This document shows positions 13,205-25,021 of a stretch of DNA of 64,000 nucleotides, in pieces. The stretch comes from Felis catus. Lineage: Eukaryota. Every line of letters starts with the position of its first letter. Positions within the stretch are counted from its first letter, which is position 1. Made by a program: the position numbers and the translations under genes. Below the pieces are notes generated by a model. That model saw only the letters and a list, made by a program, of their open reading frames with translations. It was not told the DNA's origin and searched no databases. Location of the stretch: the NCBI RefSeq assembly GCF_018350175.1, contig NC_058368.1:131504001-131568000 (forward strand). The letters run 5' to 3'.

Positions 13205-14022
13205 AAGAATTTAATAGACTGGCCATCTATTTCTGTTCTGGAGACATCATAATAACTGGCCAAACCTGTAAGTCTCTGTAAGTTAGACTAGTCTGATTAC
13301 CGTTCTGATTCCTGTTCATTATGCTAACCCCTGACATCCCAGTGTCCCATTACCTCCACTGTGTAGTGATCCTAATTCAATGGCAGTGGTTTCCTCTGCT
13401 ATTTCTGACCTACTGAGAAGAGAGACCACAGAATTTTTGAAAGAGGCTGAGGTCCCTCCATGATTTTTTTTTTCACAGCTACTGTACAAGGTGTGTCCTT
13501 CCATGGCTGGAGAGCAGGTCTTACCGAATAAATATACTGCAACATTACAATCTCCTTAAGCCTTTGGATACCTTCCTCTACAACATAATAAAGCATTTTG
13601 ACTTCATTTAATGTGGGTCACACTTTGGGTCCAGCCAACTGACCAACCAATCAACGATTTAGAGCCCTTCCAAACTCTTTCAGCTGAAACACTGAGTCCA
13701 GAATCCCTGATTAGGGAGCCTATGTCAATAAAGTGAACATGATCTAACTTTACATCCCTTCCACCTTGATGGCACAGCTTTACATCCCTTCCACCTTGAT
13801 GGCACTATCCATCCTTACATACACCCTCTACATTACACCTCTTCCTGAGTCACAAATAGCACCTCATCTTTTGAGAGTTGCTGTGATTTGAATCTAGCTA
13901 TATATCTAGAAATAAAAAGGGGTATTAAGTCGTAGGTCCTGAGGAGGGTCAGAAGTGCCTTGTAGGCAACTACCTCAGGTGAAGCCACTCCAGGTTCTTC
14001 AAGTAAGAGGGGGAAATCTTCC

Positions 14023-14497
14023 TGTGTTTGAGTTCTCCTGAGAAACATACCAATAGGATAACTGTAAGGATTACTATAAGGAATTGGCTCATGTGATTAT
14101 GGGAGCTGGCAAGGTCTAAATCTGTACAGCCCTTGTCCCAGTGTGAGCCCCAAGTCCAGAGGCTGCTGTAGCACCAGGAAGAGCCAATGTCCACTTCGAG
14201 TCTGAAGGCCAGAAGGCTGCTAAAGAAACATGAAGAGGTGATATCCAAGTTTGCAGGCTGTCAGGTGGGAGAATTCTCTAACCCAGAGGAGGGTCAGCCT
14301 TTTGATCTATTCAGGACTTCACTGGACTGGACAAGGCCCACCCACATTATAAAGGACAATCTGCTTTACTCATTATACTGATTGAAATCTTCATCTCACC
14401 CAAAAACACCCTTACAGAAACACCTAGAATACTGTTTGATCAAATATCCAAGAAGCCCGTGGCCCAGTCAAATTGACACACAGAATGAACCATCACA
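14023..14497 (-). mobile_element. Solo MLT2-type LTR
   Basis: TG...CA termini, ccagtcaaattgacaca...aaccatcaca end, 5-bp TSD CTTCC at 14018-14022 and 14498-14502. Confidence 0.85.
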
Positions 14498-14989
14498 CTT
14501 CCCTCGGGCAGAGGCAGGAGAGCTGCTACTGTTGGCAAAGATGATTCCGTTCTATCTGGGAGGTTTAGATCCTTAGCTTTACCAGAATCTACCTATACGT
14601 TCTCACTCCAGTTTGGAGGAACCCATTCCTTCACAATCAGAAACCAACATTTCAAATAGATGGCTGGGAATTCAATTGCCAGGTGGACACTCTGGCTTTA
14701 GTTTTCAGAGAACTCCTACAGCAATGGCTGTACAGTTACAGACTAGGACTTCTTTGAGGGTAGTTACAGACGTTTTCAGGTCATTCATTCAGAGTTTGAG
14801 CTAGGAATTTAAAGCCCCAAGCTCATCTTTTTCATTGTACCCTTTCTTCTGGGCAGGTAGGAGTAGTTACCCAACTCCAATATACACCTCATTTTGACAA
14901 AAATGTTCTAGGGGAGGTCACATGTAGGCACCCTGAGCCTCCTGCAGATACTCATAAGTATCCAAACGTGATGATTTCAACAACCCTTA

Positions 14990-15215
14990 AAAAAAATTTT
15001 TTTTAATGTTTATTCATTTTTGAAAGACAAAGAGAGACAGAGCACAAGCAGGGATGGGGCAGAGCAGGGGCGGGTGGAGGACACAGAATCTGAAGCAGGC
15101 TCCAGGCTCTAAGCTGTCAGCACAGAGCCTGATACGGGGCTCGAACCCACGAACCATGAGCTCATGACCTGAGCCAAAGTCAGATGCTTAACCGACTTAG
15201 CCCCCCAGGCACCCC
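14990..15215 (-). mobile_element. Can-SINE
   Basis: Reverse-complement SINE body inside the ERVL. Confidence 0.9.
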
Positions 15216-15405
15216 TCAGCAGCTCTTTAGCCACATCATACCATGGACAATCAATGCCCTTTTCACCACTGAAAAGGCTCAACAGTGCTTTTAAATCTTA
15301 TCAGATTAAAGAAACAATCCCAAAAAATCAGAACCTATTCAGAGAACTCATCCTTAAGCCTTAAGCTCTGTTCTCCTGGAACCACTACTGGTATCAAAAT
15401 ATGTG

Positions 15406-17340
15406 ACACCAGAAGTCTGCTAGAACCGATAGATGAATTTAGCAAAGTTGCAGGATACAAAATCAATGTCCAGAAATCAGTTGCATTCTTATACACTAAT
15501 AATGAAGCAAAGAAAGACAAATAAAGAAACTGATCCCATCACAATTGCACCAAGAAGCATAAAATACCTAGGAATAAATCTAACCAAAGATGTACAAGAT
15601 CTGTATGCTGAAAACTATAGAAAGCTTATGAAGGTAATTGAAGAAGATTTAAAGAAATGGAAAGACATTCCCTGCTCATGGATTGGTAGAATAAATATTG
15701 TCAAAATGTCAATACTACCCAAAGCTATCTACACATTCAATGCAATCCCAATCAAAATTGCACCAGCATTCTTCTCGAAAATAGAACAAGCAATTCTAAA
15801 ATTTATATGGAACCACAAAAGGCCCCGAATAGCCAAAGTAATTTTGAAGAAGACCAAAGCAGGAGGCATCACAATCCCAGACTTTAGCCTCTATTACAAA
15901 GCTGTCATCATCAAGACAGCATGGTATTGGCACAAAAACAGGCACACAGACCAATGGAATAGAATAGAAACTCCAGAACTACACCCACAAACGTACAGCC
16001 AACTCATCTTTGACAAAGCAGGAAAGAATATCCAATGGAAAAAAAACAGTCTCTTTAACAAATGGTGCCGGGAGAACTGGACAGCAACATGCAGAAGGTT
16101 GAAACTAGACCACTTTCTCACACCATTCACAAAAATAAACTCAAGATGGATAAAGGACCTGAATGTGAGACAGGAAACCATCAAAACCCTAGAGGAGAAA
16201 GCAGGAAAAGACCTCTCTGACCTCAGCCGTAGCAATTTCTTACTTGACACATCCCCAAAGGCAAGGGAATTAAAAGCAGAAATGAATTACTGGGAACTTA
16301 TGAAGATAAAAAGCTTCTGCACAGCAAAGGAAACAACCAACAAAACTAAAAGGCAACCAACGGAATGGGAAAAGATATTAGCAAATGACATGTCGGACAA
16401 AGGGCTAGTATCCAAAATCTATAAAGAGCTCACCAAACTCCACACCCGAAAAACAAATAACCCAGTGAAGAAATGGGCAGAAAACATGAATAGACACTTC
16501 TCTAAAGAAGAAATCCAGATGGCCAACAGGCACATGAAAAGATGCTCAACGTCACTCTTCATCAGGGAAATACAAATCAAAACCACACTCAGATACCACC
16601 TCATGCCAGTCAGAGTGGCCAAAATGAACAAATCAGGAGACTATAGATGCTGGAGAGGATGTGGAGAAACGGGAACCCTCTTGCACTGTTGGTGGGAATG
16701 CAAATTGGTGCAGCCGCTCTGGAAAGCAGTGTGGAGGTTCCTCAAAAAATTAAAAATAGACCTACCCTATGACCCAGCAATAGCACTGCTAGGAATTTAC
16801 CCAAGAATACAGGAATACTGATGCATAGGGGCACTTGTACCCCAATATTTATAACAGCACCCTCAACAATAGCCAAATTATGGAAAGAGTCTAAATGTCC
16901 ATCAACTGATGAATGGATAAAGAAATTGTGGTTTATATACACAATGGAGTACTACGTGGCAATGAGAAAGAATGGAATATGGCCCTTTGTAGCAACATGG
17001 ATGGAACTAGAGAGTGTGATGCTAAGTGAAATAAGCCATACAGAGAAAGACAGATACCATATGGTTTCACTCTTATGTGGATCCTGAGAAACTTAACAGG
17101 AACCCATGTGGGAGGGGAAGGTAAAAAAAAAAAAAAAGAGGTTAGAGTGGGAGAGAGCCAAAGCATGAGAGACTGTTAAAAACTGAGAACAAACTGAGGG
17201 TTGATGGGGGGTGGGAGGGAGGGGAGGGGAGGTGATGGGTATCAAGGAGGGCACCTTTTGGGATGAGCACTGGGTGTTGTATGGAAACCAATTTCACAAT
17301 AAACTTCATATATTGAAAAAAAAAAAGAAACGGGGAAAAA
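15406..17340 (+). mobile_element. Young 5'-truncated felid L1 (ORF2 3' part, 3' UTR, poly-A)
   Basis: The 462-aa ORF is the L1 ORF2 C-terminus ([35 protein letters not shown]), frameshifted at both ends; TSD aaaatatgtg at 15396-15405 and 17341-17350. Confidence 0.96.
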
Positions 17341-17345
17341 AAAAT

Positions 17346-17935
17346 ATGTGTCAACATTCAACCAGACAAGCAAAACCAGTAGGAGATATCTAGCCATTCC
17401 TACATATGTATCTACGTATCTGTATGTATCCTATATATGTATATATACATAGAATACATATGTGTGTGTATATATATACACATGCACATAACAAGGAATT
17501 GTACAGTTTTAGGAACTGGTCAAGCAAACCCAGAGTCCATTAGGGCAGGCAGTCAGAAATGCAAGATCACACAAGAAGACTGGCAATGCAAAGACACTGG
17601 TCAAAGCTCTTGACTACAGGTAGCTTCTATTTCTTTCTCCAGGAAAGGTCTTTGCCAGAACTTTCAACTGATTAAGTCAGGTCCACCCAGGTAATTTTCC
17701 TAATGACTGATTACAGACTTTATGTTTGTTAAATCTCTTTACAGCATTATTTAAAGTTTTATTGACTCATTAAGAGAAAGTGTGTATATGCTAGGAATAG
17801 GTGATATTTCCCTTCCAACCTCCAACTCTTAGAAAGCAATACCTCTTATTCTTTATCCAGAAACCTACTGGAAAAAAAAAATTCTGGGAAATGTAGTTTA
17901 GTATAGCCAAACTGACATACCACAAAGCCATCACA
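17346..17935 (-). mobile_element. MLT2-like 5' LTR of the ERVL relic
   Basis: Reverse complement begins tgtgatggctttgtggtatgtcagtttggcta; adjoins the internal region across the L1 TSD. Confidence 0.7.
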
Positions 17936-18094
17936 AATAGTATGCTGAACTAACTGCCCTTCCACTAAATTTTATCTCTGGGCCATTTATATTAAATGAC
18001 CAATGGTAAAATGAGGATAAACTCAAGATTATAGCATAACTGGTAACATAATGCTTCTCCAGTGCCATAAAAGTATTTAAATGCTCTACATAGG

Positions 18095-18850
18095 TGGTCT
18101 GTTTATCTACTGCTGGGCAACAAACTATCCCAAATTGTAATAAATAAACAAATCAATAAATAAGTATTTTTGTTTGTTTTGAGAGAGACAGACAGAGTGT
18201 GAGTTGGGGAAGAGCAGAGAGAGAGGGAGGCACAGAATCCGAAGCAGGCTCCATGCTCTGAGCCATCAGCACAGAACCCGATGCAGGGCTCGAACTCACA
18301 GACCATGAGATCATGACCTGAGCCGAAGTCAGACACTTAACCGACTGAGGCACCCAGGCGCGCCCCCCCCCCCCGATTTAATGTTTAAGAAAACAATTGT
18401 TTTATTATGTCTCACAATTTTGTGGATCAGGGGTTCAGGCAGGGCTCAGATGGAGGATACTTCTGTCCCCGTGGGGTCAACAGAAGTCAGCCGGTGATAC
18501 CTGTCTGGCGGGAGACTTCCGGAGGGCCCAAGACAGCTCCCCTCACTGGAGTCAGGAGGGACAGCTGCAAGGCGGGCCCAAATGAATTCGTCAGTGGCTC
18601 TCTAGCCTAGCGGTCTCAGGGTGGTCAGACAGCCTACACGGGAGCTCCCAGCTCCCAGAGGGAGTATTTATGAACCCAAGGCAGAAACTGCTAAGTGGCT
18701 CATCACCAGCTTGTCACCAGAAGTCCCAGAATGACATTTCTGCTGCTTCCTGTTGATCAAGAAGGTCACTATGACTGTCCAGATTCAAGGCAAGAGGAAT
18801 TAGATTCTTGGTGGAACAAGTATTATTCTATCACTGTAGGAAATCATGGT
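18095..18850 (-). mobile_element. MaLR MLT1-type LTR interrupted by a SINE
   Basis: tctactgctg..aacaaactatcccaaa, ctcacaattttgtggatcagg and ccagattcaagg motifs. Confidence 0.65.
18150..18365 (-). mobile_element. Can-SINE
   Basis: Reverse-complement SINE body. Confidence 0.9.
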
Positions 18851-18999
18851 GTAGGGATTTAAAAACGTGAAAATAATCCTTGGTAAAAGGATTATAAAAT
18901 CAAAAAATGTGTCAACTGTGTCATCAATCTTGACTGCCTATGTCAGTAAAGAAAAGTATCAAGGGGCTTAAGACTTAATATCATCAACACGATGTGTAT

Positions 19000-19712
19000 C
19001 AGTGCTTTTCACACTTTTCACACATGGACTTGACTGTCCACGTAAATCACCGATGGATTAGGTGTTAAAATGTTAGAATGCAGGTCTGAGGGCCTGAAAT
19101 TCTGTATTTCTAACAAGTTCTCATATGATCCAATGCTACTTGTCTATGAAAACATGATGACAGTTCTTATCACGGGCCAATAAGCCCTTTTTTTTCTGTA
19201 GAGAGTAATATGGTATATATTCTAGGCTTTTGGGCTACATGTACAATCTGTCACATATTAAAAAACAAAATGAATCCAAGAATCCTTTCCAACCCTGTCA
19301 CTGGTTTTCAAATTTGCCTGCAGAGTAAAATCACTTGGAGAATATCTTTCAAGATACTCATACCTAGGGGTGCCTGGGTGGCTCAGTCGGTTAAGCATCT
19401 GACTTTGGCTGAAGTCATGATCTCACAGCTCATGAGTTCAAGCCCTGCGTCGGGCTCTGTGCTGACAGCTCAGAGCCTGGACCCTTCTTTGGGTTCTGTG
19501 TCTCCATCTCTCTCTGCTCTTCCCCCACTCACACTTGGTGTGTGTCTCTCTCTCTCTCTCAAAAATGAATAAACATTAAAAAATTTTTTTTAATTAAAAA
19601 AATACTTATACCTAGGTCTACCCCTGAATATTCTGATTTAATTGGTACAGGAATAGGAATTCTCAAAAGTTCCCTAGGTCAAATCGAAAATGTGGCAAAA
19701 CTTGAGAACTAA
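19000..19712. mobile_element. MER5-like hAT-Charlie fragments, one split by a SINE
   Basis: cagtgcttttcacactt..., tctgtatttctaacaagttctc, attctgatttaattggt and ttgagaact motifs. Confidence 0.55.
19367..19600 (+). mobile_element. Can-SINE
   Basis: Head, CT tract, tail; imperfect TSD atact(c/t)atacctagg. Confidence 0.92.
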
Positions 19713-20661
19713 TCATCTTGTGTCACTTTCTATTCTGTACCCCTTTGGACCTTTTGGTCTTTAAATCTTTTTCAAGACACCTGAATGGCTTACTTAATAC
19801 AGATCTTATTCACTTCAGCACAAAACCTGATTATCCAATTAAAGAAAAACAACTAAAAATAAATGTTTCTGTCAGCACACCCTGGTCCCAATAGGGAGCC
19901 TGCCCCCTATGGATGTTACTTGTCAGTAAAGTAAAACTAAGTTGGACGCTGAATTGAGGGCTGACAGAAAATGATGAATAAGTAGGTTGCTAGGGGAGAA
20001 AAAAGTAAAATACAGAAAACTTGAGGTAAGTAAAGTGGAATATTCCAAGGCTATAAAAATTATCAACTACCATGAACCTCATCATGTCAAGATAATTAGG
20101 GAAAACCCAAAGTGGCTCAGCTAGTTGACTTTCTGTTTTAAAGACTAAAGATCTATAATAAGCATGTCAATATATAAATGGCTTGAGAAGCTGGCTTAAA
20201 ATATTCTTGCTTTTTAAACTCTCATATTTGTGTACTATATATTTTCATGGTTTATAAATGGTTTCCAAATAAAGTTATATGTCCTTAATCAACTTTGTAT
20301 AAATTAATATGCATTTAAATTAATACTTTTTAAAGCATCGTACCTGCTACGTTTCTAAGCAAATAACTGTAAAAACCCTATTTTATTAACACAATCTGAA
20401 AAGCCATTTTACATTTGCCATGTTTCCCAGCTAAAATTATGTAATATATAAGGTTCAGAGTTAATATCAATAAATTATTAAAGAAAATACTAAGCTAGAG
20501 TGTAGCCAGGTAAGACTCCATTTTTCACTACATGCTACCTTTTGTCTTTATCCTTTCTGTACTCTTCTAGTTTTTTCTGTGCATTAGCTCTCTTTGGTTT
20601 TAAGCTCCTGGAATGCATTTCCCTCTACTCCTAAAACTTTCATATAAAATACTACATATTC

Positions 20662-21443
20662 CCCAAGGGATACAGGAGTACTGATACATAGGGGCACTTG
20701 TACCCCAATGTTTATAACAGCACTCTCTTGTACACCAATGTTTATAACAGCACTCTCAACAATAGCCAAATTATGGAAAGAGCCTAAATGTCCGTCAACT
20801 GATGAATGGATAAAGAAATTGTGGTTTATATACACAATGGAGTACTACGTGGCAATGAGAAAGAATGAAATATGGCCCTTTGTAGCAACGTGGATGGAAC
20901 TAGAGAGTGTGATGCTAAGTGAAATAAGCCATACAGAGAAAGACAGATACCGTATGTTTTCACTCTTATGTGGATCCTGAGAAACTTAACAGAAACCCAT
21001 GGAGGAGGGGGAAGGAAAAAAAAAAAAGAGGTTAGAGTGGGAGAGAGCCAAAGCATAAGAGACTGTTAAAAACTGAGAACAAACTGAGGGTTGATGGGGG
21101 GTGGGAGGGAGGAGAGGGTGGGTGATGGGTACTGAAGAGGGCACCTTTTGGGATGAGCACTGGGTGTTGTATGGAAACCAATTTGACAATAAATTTCATA
21201 TATTGAAAAAAAAATAAAATAAAAGGTAATGTAAAAAAAAAAAAACAGAACAAACTTGAGGGTTGATGGGGGGTGGGAGGGTGGGGAAGGGAGGTGATAG
21301 GTATTGAAGAGGGCATCTTTTGGGATGAGCCCTGGGTGTTGTATGGAAACCAATTTGACAATAAATTTCATATACTAAAAAATAAAAAAATTTAAAAAAA
21401 ACAAAATAAATGAACATTTAAAAAAATAAAAATAAAATAAAAG
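20662..21443 (+). mobile_element. Young felid L1 3' end with a second copy of the 3' tail
   Basis: ORF2 end (WKEPKCPSTDEWIKK...LCGS*), 3' UTR and poly-A, then a repeat of the last ~130 bp with another poly-A; flanked by tacatattc. Confidence 0.93.
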
Positions 21444-21702
21444 TACATATTCACAGTAAAACTGAATAATAACACCTAGTTACATATAAGGTCTCCTTAT
21501 TCACTCATGCATTCAACAAACAAAAACAATACATGCTGAGTCAGTACTTATTGAATAAATGCCCACTTGTTCTGTAAAAGATGTTCGATTCAAATTTGAC
21601 CAGATCTAAATTCCACTTAAAATGCCAATCACATATCCTGAGGATTTCAGATTTTTATTACCTAGGGGTCTATATACTCCGCCTAATTTAAAAAAAGAGT
21701 TT

Positions 21703-21942
21703 GGGGTGTCTAGGTGACTCAGTCGGTTAAGCTTCCCACTCAAATTTCAGCTCAGGTCATGATCTCAGTTTGTGGGATTGAGCCCCACGTTGGGCTCTGT
21801 GCTGAACATGGAGCTTGCTTGGAATTCTCTCTCTCCCCCTCTGCCACCACCACCCCCCGCCACAATTTCTCTCATGCGCAGGCACACTCTGTCTCTAAAA
21901 TAAATTAATTAAACTTTTATAAACAAATAAATAAATAAAAAT
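21703..21942 (+). mobile_element. Can-SINE (older)
   Basis: Diverged head, A-rich tail. Confidence 0.85.
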
Positions 21943-22304
21943 AGAATTCAGAAATCTACCTGGTATCTGATTATTCACATGAAAGCTAAAAATTAGTGCT
22001 GCAAAGTTTTATCCCCCTGTCTGTTTTCTGTCACCATGCATTCATCACAGATAATCAGTATATGCATAGCAGCGCATGCATTTCAGCTTCCAAGGACTAA
22101 AAGCAGAGGGAGATTAAGTGAAATGTGCACCACCTCTACCAGATAAAGCACCACTTAGGTTAACAATGCTACTATACATAGCTCATGGTCATTGCTATTC
22201 AATACTCCTAATCCAGACATTAATCAGTTGTGTCTTTTTCCTTCTACAAACTAGGAAAACAAACACATGACCTCCCTGGAGAAAAAAATGTCTCTTTCCT
22301 GTAA

Positions 22305-22660
22305 CTATATATATGTGTATATATATGTACGCATATGTGTATATATGTACTGCGTATATATGTATATATATGTGCATATATATGCACGTATATATGTATA
22401 TATGTGTGCATATATATGCACGTATATATGTATATATGTGTGCATGTATATGCACGTATATATGTACATACGTATATGTGTATATATGTATGTGCATATG
22501 TGTGTATATGTGTGCACATATATGTGTACATATATGTACATGCATATATGTGTGCGTGCATATATATGCTATACGTGCATATATATGTATGTATATGCAT
22601 GTACAGCATATATATATACAACATATATATACAGCATGTATATATATATACATACACATA
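22305..22660. repeat. Compound (TA)/(TG)/(CA) alternating purine-pyrimidine microsatellite
   Basis: About 350 bp of tatatgtgcatatatgcacg-like units. Confidence 0.95.
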
Positions 22661-22799
22661 CAGCTTAAGGGTGAGAAAAAGCAGGAGGTACATTTTACTT
22701 TCATGAATTGTAAATTTAAATCAGAGAAGAAGTATATTTAGGAAGTGGTTATTTTATCAATTGAATTATAAACCATATGTAAATGTGGCACAATCTCAT

Positions 22800-23038
22800 T
22801 TTATTTATTTTTTATTTTTTTAGTGTTTGTTTATTTTTGAGAGAGAGAGACAGAGTATGATTGGGGAGGAGCAGAGAGAGAGAGAGAGGGAGACACAGAA
22901 TCTGAAGCAGGCTCCATGCTCCAGGTTCTGAGCAGTCAGCCCAAAGCCCTGTACAGGGCTCGAACTCATGAATGAACCACGATCTCATGACCTGAGGTGA
23001 AGTTGAATGCTTAACTGACTGAGCCACCCAGGTACCCC
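22800..23038 (-). mobile_element. Can-SINE
   Basis: Reverse-complement SINE; TSD caatctcatttta. Confidence 0.92.
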
Positions 23039-24190
23039 CAATCTCATTTTAAATTACTGCAAGGTGAATTTTTTGTCATGGTTTATTGATAAATTCTGCA
23101 ATATTCCTTCCTTTCCTCTGGGAAGAAGAAAAACTGTTTTAAATGAAAAGATAATAACAGGTAAACAAACTGCAATAAAAAATATATATTGTCCATTTCA
23201 TTCAGATGAAAAACTCAGATCTTCTAAAACTATAGTATTTAATATCCCATTGCTATACCTTATAGATTCATCATCAAATTTACTAGAAAAAGACTTACTC
23301 TTGTAAGGATCAGAGTTATATATATTCATCTATTTTTTTCCTATTCTGAATGAAGTCAGATTGATAAATGAGGGTGAAAATAAAGCAGCAATGGGAGGAA
23401 AAGAACATACATATCACATCCAGACAGAAAAAGTAAGCAAAGAAAGACTGAGGAAAAAGGGTATCAGTAAGTACTGTGAAAAGGTGAGCATGGAACCATA
23501 ATCTGCAAACATGATGTAATGCATATACTTAAATCACAAACAACATGCTTATGAATGTAGATGTATTGTTTTCTGCATAACACACTGAAGAGTTACATGA
23601 CTTGATAAGAATCAAATGAAAGAAGAGCTTTTAGAACAACATCCCCAGAATTAAAATTAATTCTAGAACAATACGAAACAACCAAAATTATATAATATAC
23701 TTAACAATGCTAAAATTTTGTCAGATTTATTTGGGCAATGACAACAAAACATATGATCTATATAGTATGGAAATCAGAATCAGTATTTTTACATCCATTA
23801 TCACTAATAATGAGAAAAATTCTGACGCATTGTTTTCTTGCAGTTCTAAGTTGCTGCAAATGTTGTTTTATGTTCCGAGAAATATGGCAAGTTTGTCCTT
23901 CTTTGCGGGGTACTTGTAATTACTGCTGCTGGTCTATCTGATTTTTCCCCAAAAGCTGTAAGTCCAGTAAAACTGGATAAAATGCATGATGTCTCCAAAG
24001 TAAATTCTCCAAAGTAAAATTAAACCTAAAAGTTTATTATGATCAATGATTGAAATTCAGATCAATCATACGATTTAAACAGAATTTCTCTAAGTAGTCA
24101 TTCTCCACAATCAGGTATAAAATCATGAATAAAAAAATTATCAATACACATTTACTAAGTTCAAATATAATCAAAAGTATATTAATTCTT

Positions 24191-24405
24191 GGGGTGCCTG
24201 GGTGGCTCACTCAGTTAAGCGTCTGACTTCGGCTTAGGTCATGATCTCACAGTTTGTGGGTTTGAGCCCCACGTCAGGTCTGTGCTGACAGCTCAGAGCC
24301 TGGAGCCTGCTCCAGATTCTATGCCTCCCTCTCTCTCTCTCTGCTCCTCCCCTACTTGAACTCTGTCTCTCCCTCTCTCAAAAATAAACATTTAAAAAAA
24401 ATATT
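24191..24405 (+). mobile_element. Can-SINE
   Basis: TSD aagtatattaattctt. Confidence 0.93.
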
Positions 24406-24599
24406 TTTAAGTATATTAATTCTTGGTTTAAAAGATGGTGCATTTCACTTTCAAAATTATAAGTTTATAACTTTCACAAACTGAGTGTATCATAGGATCG
24501 CAATTATTTTATCAAACCACCAATGATAAAACCCGTATGAATTTAGTCCAATGTTGTTAAATCATTGCTAAGTAACTTTTTTAAATAAATAAAACTTCT

Positions 24600-24828
24600 G
24601 GGGCGCCTGGGTGGCGCAGTTGGTTAAGCGTCCGACTTCAGCCAGGTCACGATCTCACGGTCCGTGAGTTCGAGCCCCGCATCAGGCTCTGGGCTGATGG
24701 CTCAGAGCCTGGAGCCTGTTTCCGATTCTGTGTCTCCCTCTCTCTCTGCCCCTCCCCCGTTCATGCTCTGTCTCTCTCTGTCCCAAAAATAAATAAAAAA
24801 CATTGAAAAAAAAAATTTTTTAAATAAT
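24600..24828 (+). mobile_element. Can-SINE (young)
   Basis: Near-consensus ggggcgcctgggtggcgcag head; TSD aataaataaaacttct. Confidence 0.94.
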
Positions 24829-25021
24829 AAATAAAACTTCTAAACCAAACAAAAGGAGATCTGTATGCCAAAGTACAGTGTTTATTAGGTAGGAAAAGGC
24901 AAGATGTTTTATAGGACACTTACTAAGCTAATTAGAATGGCTTGTACACAATAGAAATGACATGGAAAAAATCTCAAAAGGTAGTTAAGGTAAAATGGTG
25001 AAGCAGATGATTTTGAAAAAT

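Larger units (their letters stand above)
12901..15395 (-). mobile_element. ERVL internal gag region, decayed and interrupted
   Basis: Minus-strand pieces EEGIQRLKEIVMLQYIY, ASFKNSVVSLLSRSE and TTAIELGSL resemble ERV-L gag; ends at the LTR-internal junction (ctggtatcaaaa). Confidence 0.75.

Noticed and set aside
15433..16821. 462-aa ORF as a host gene
   Set aside because: It is L1 ORF2 inside a TSD-bounded truncated insertion.
22195..22741. Six overlapping Y/I/C/H-rich ORFs
   Set aside because: Artefact of a stop-poor dinucleotide repeat.
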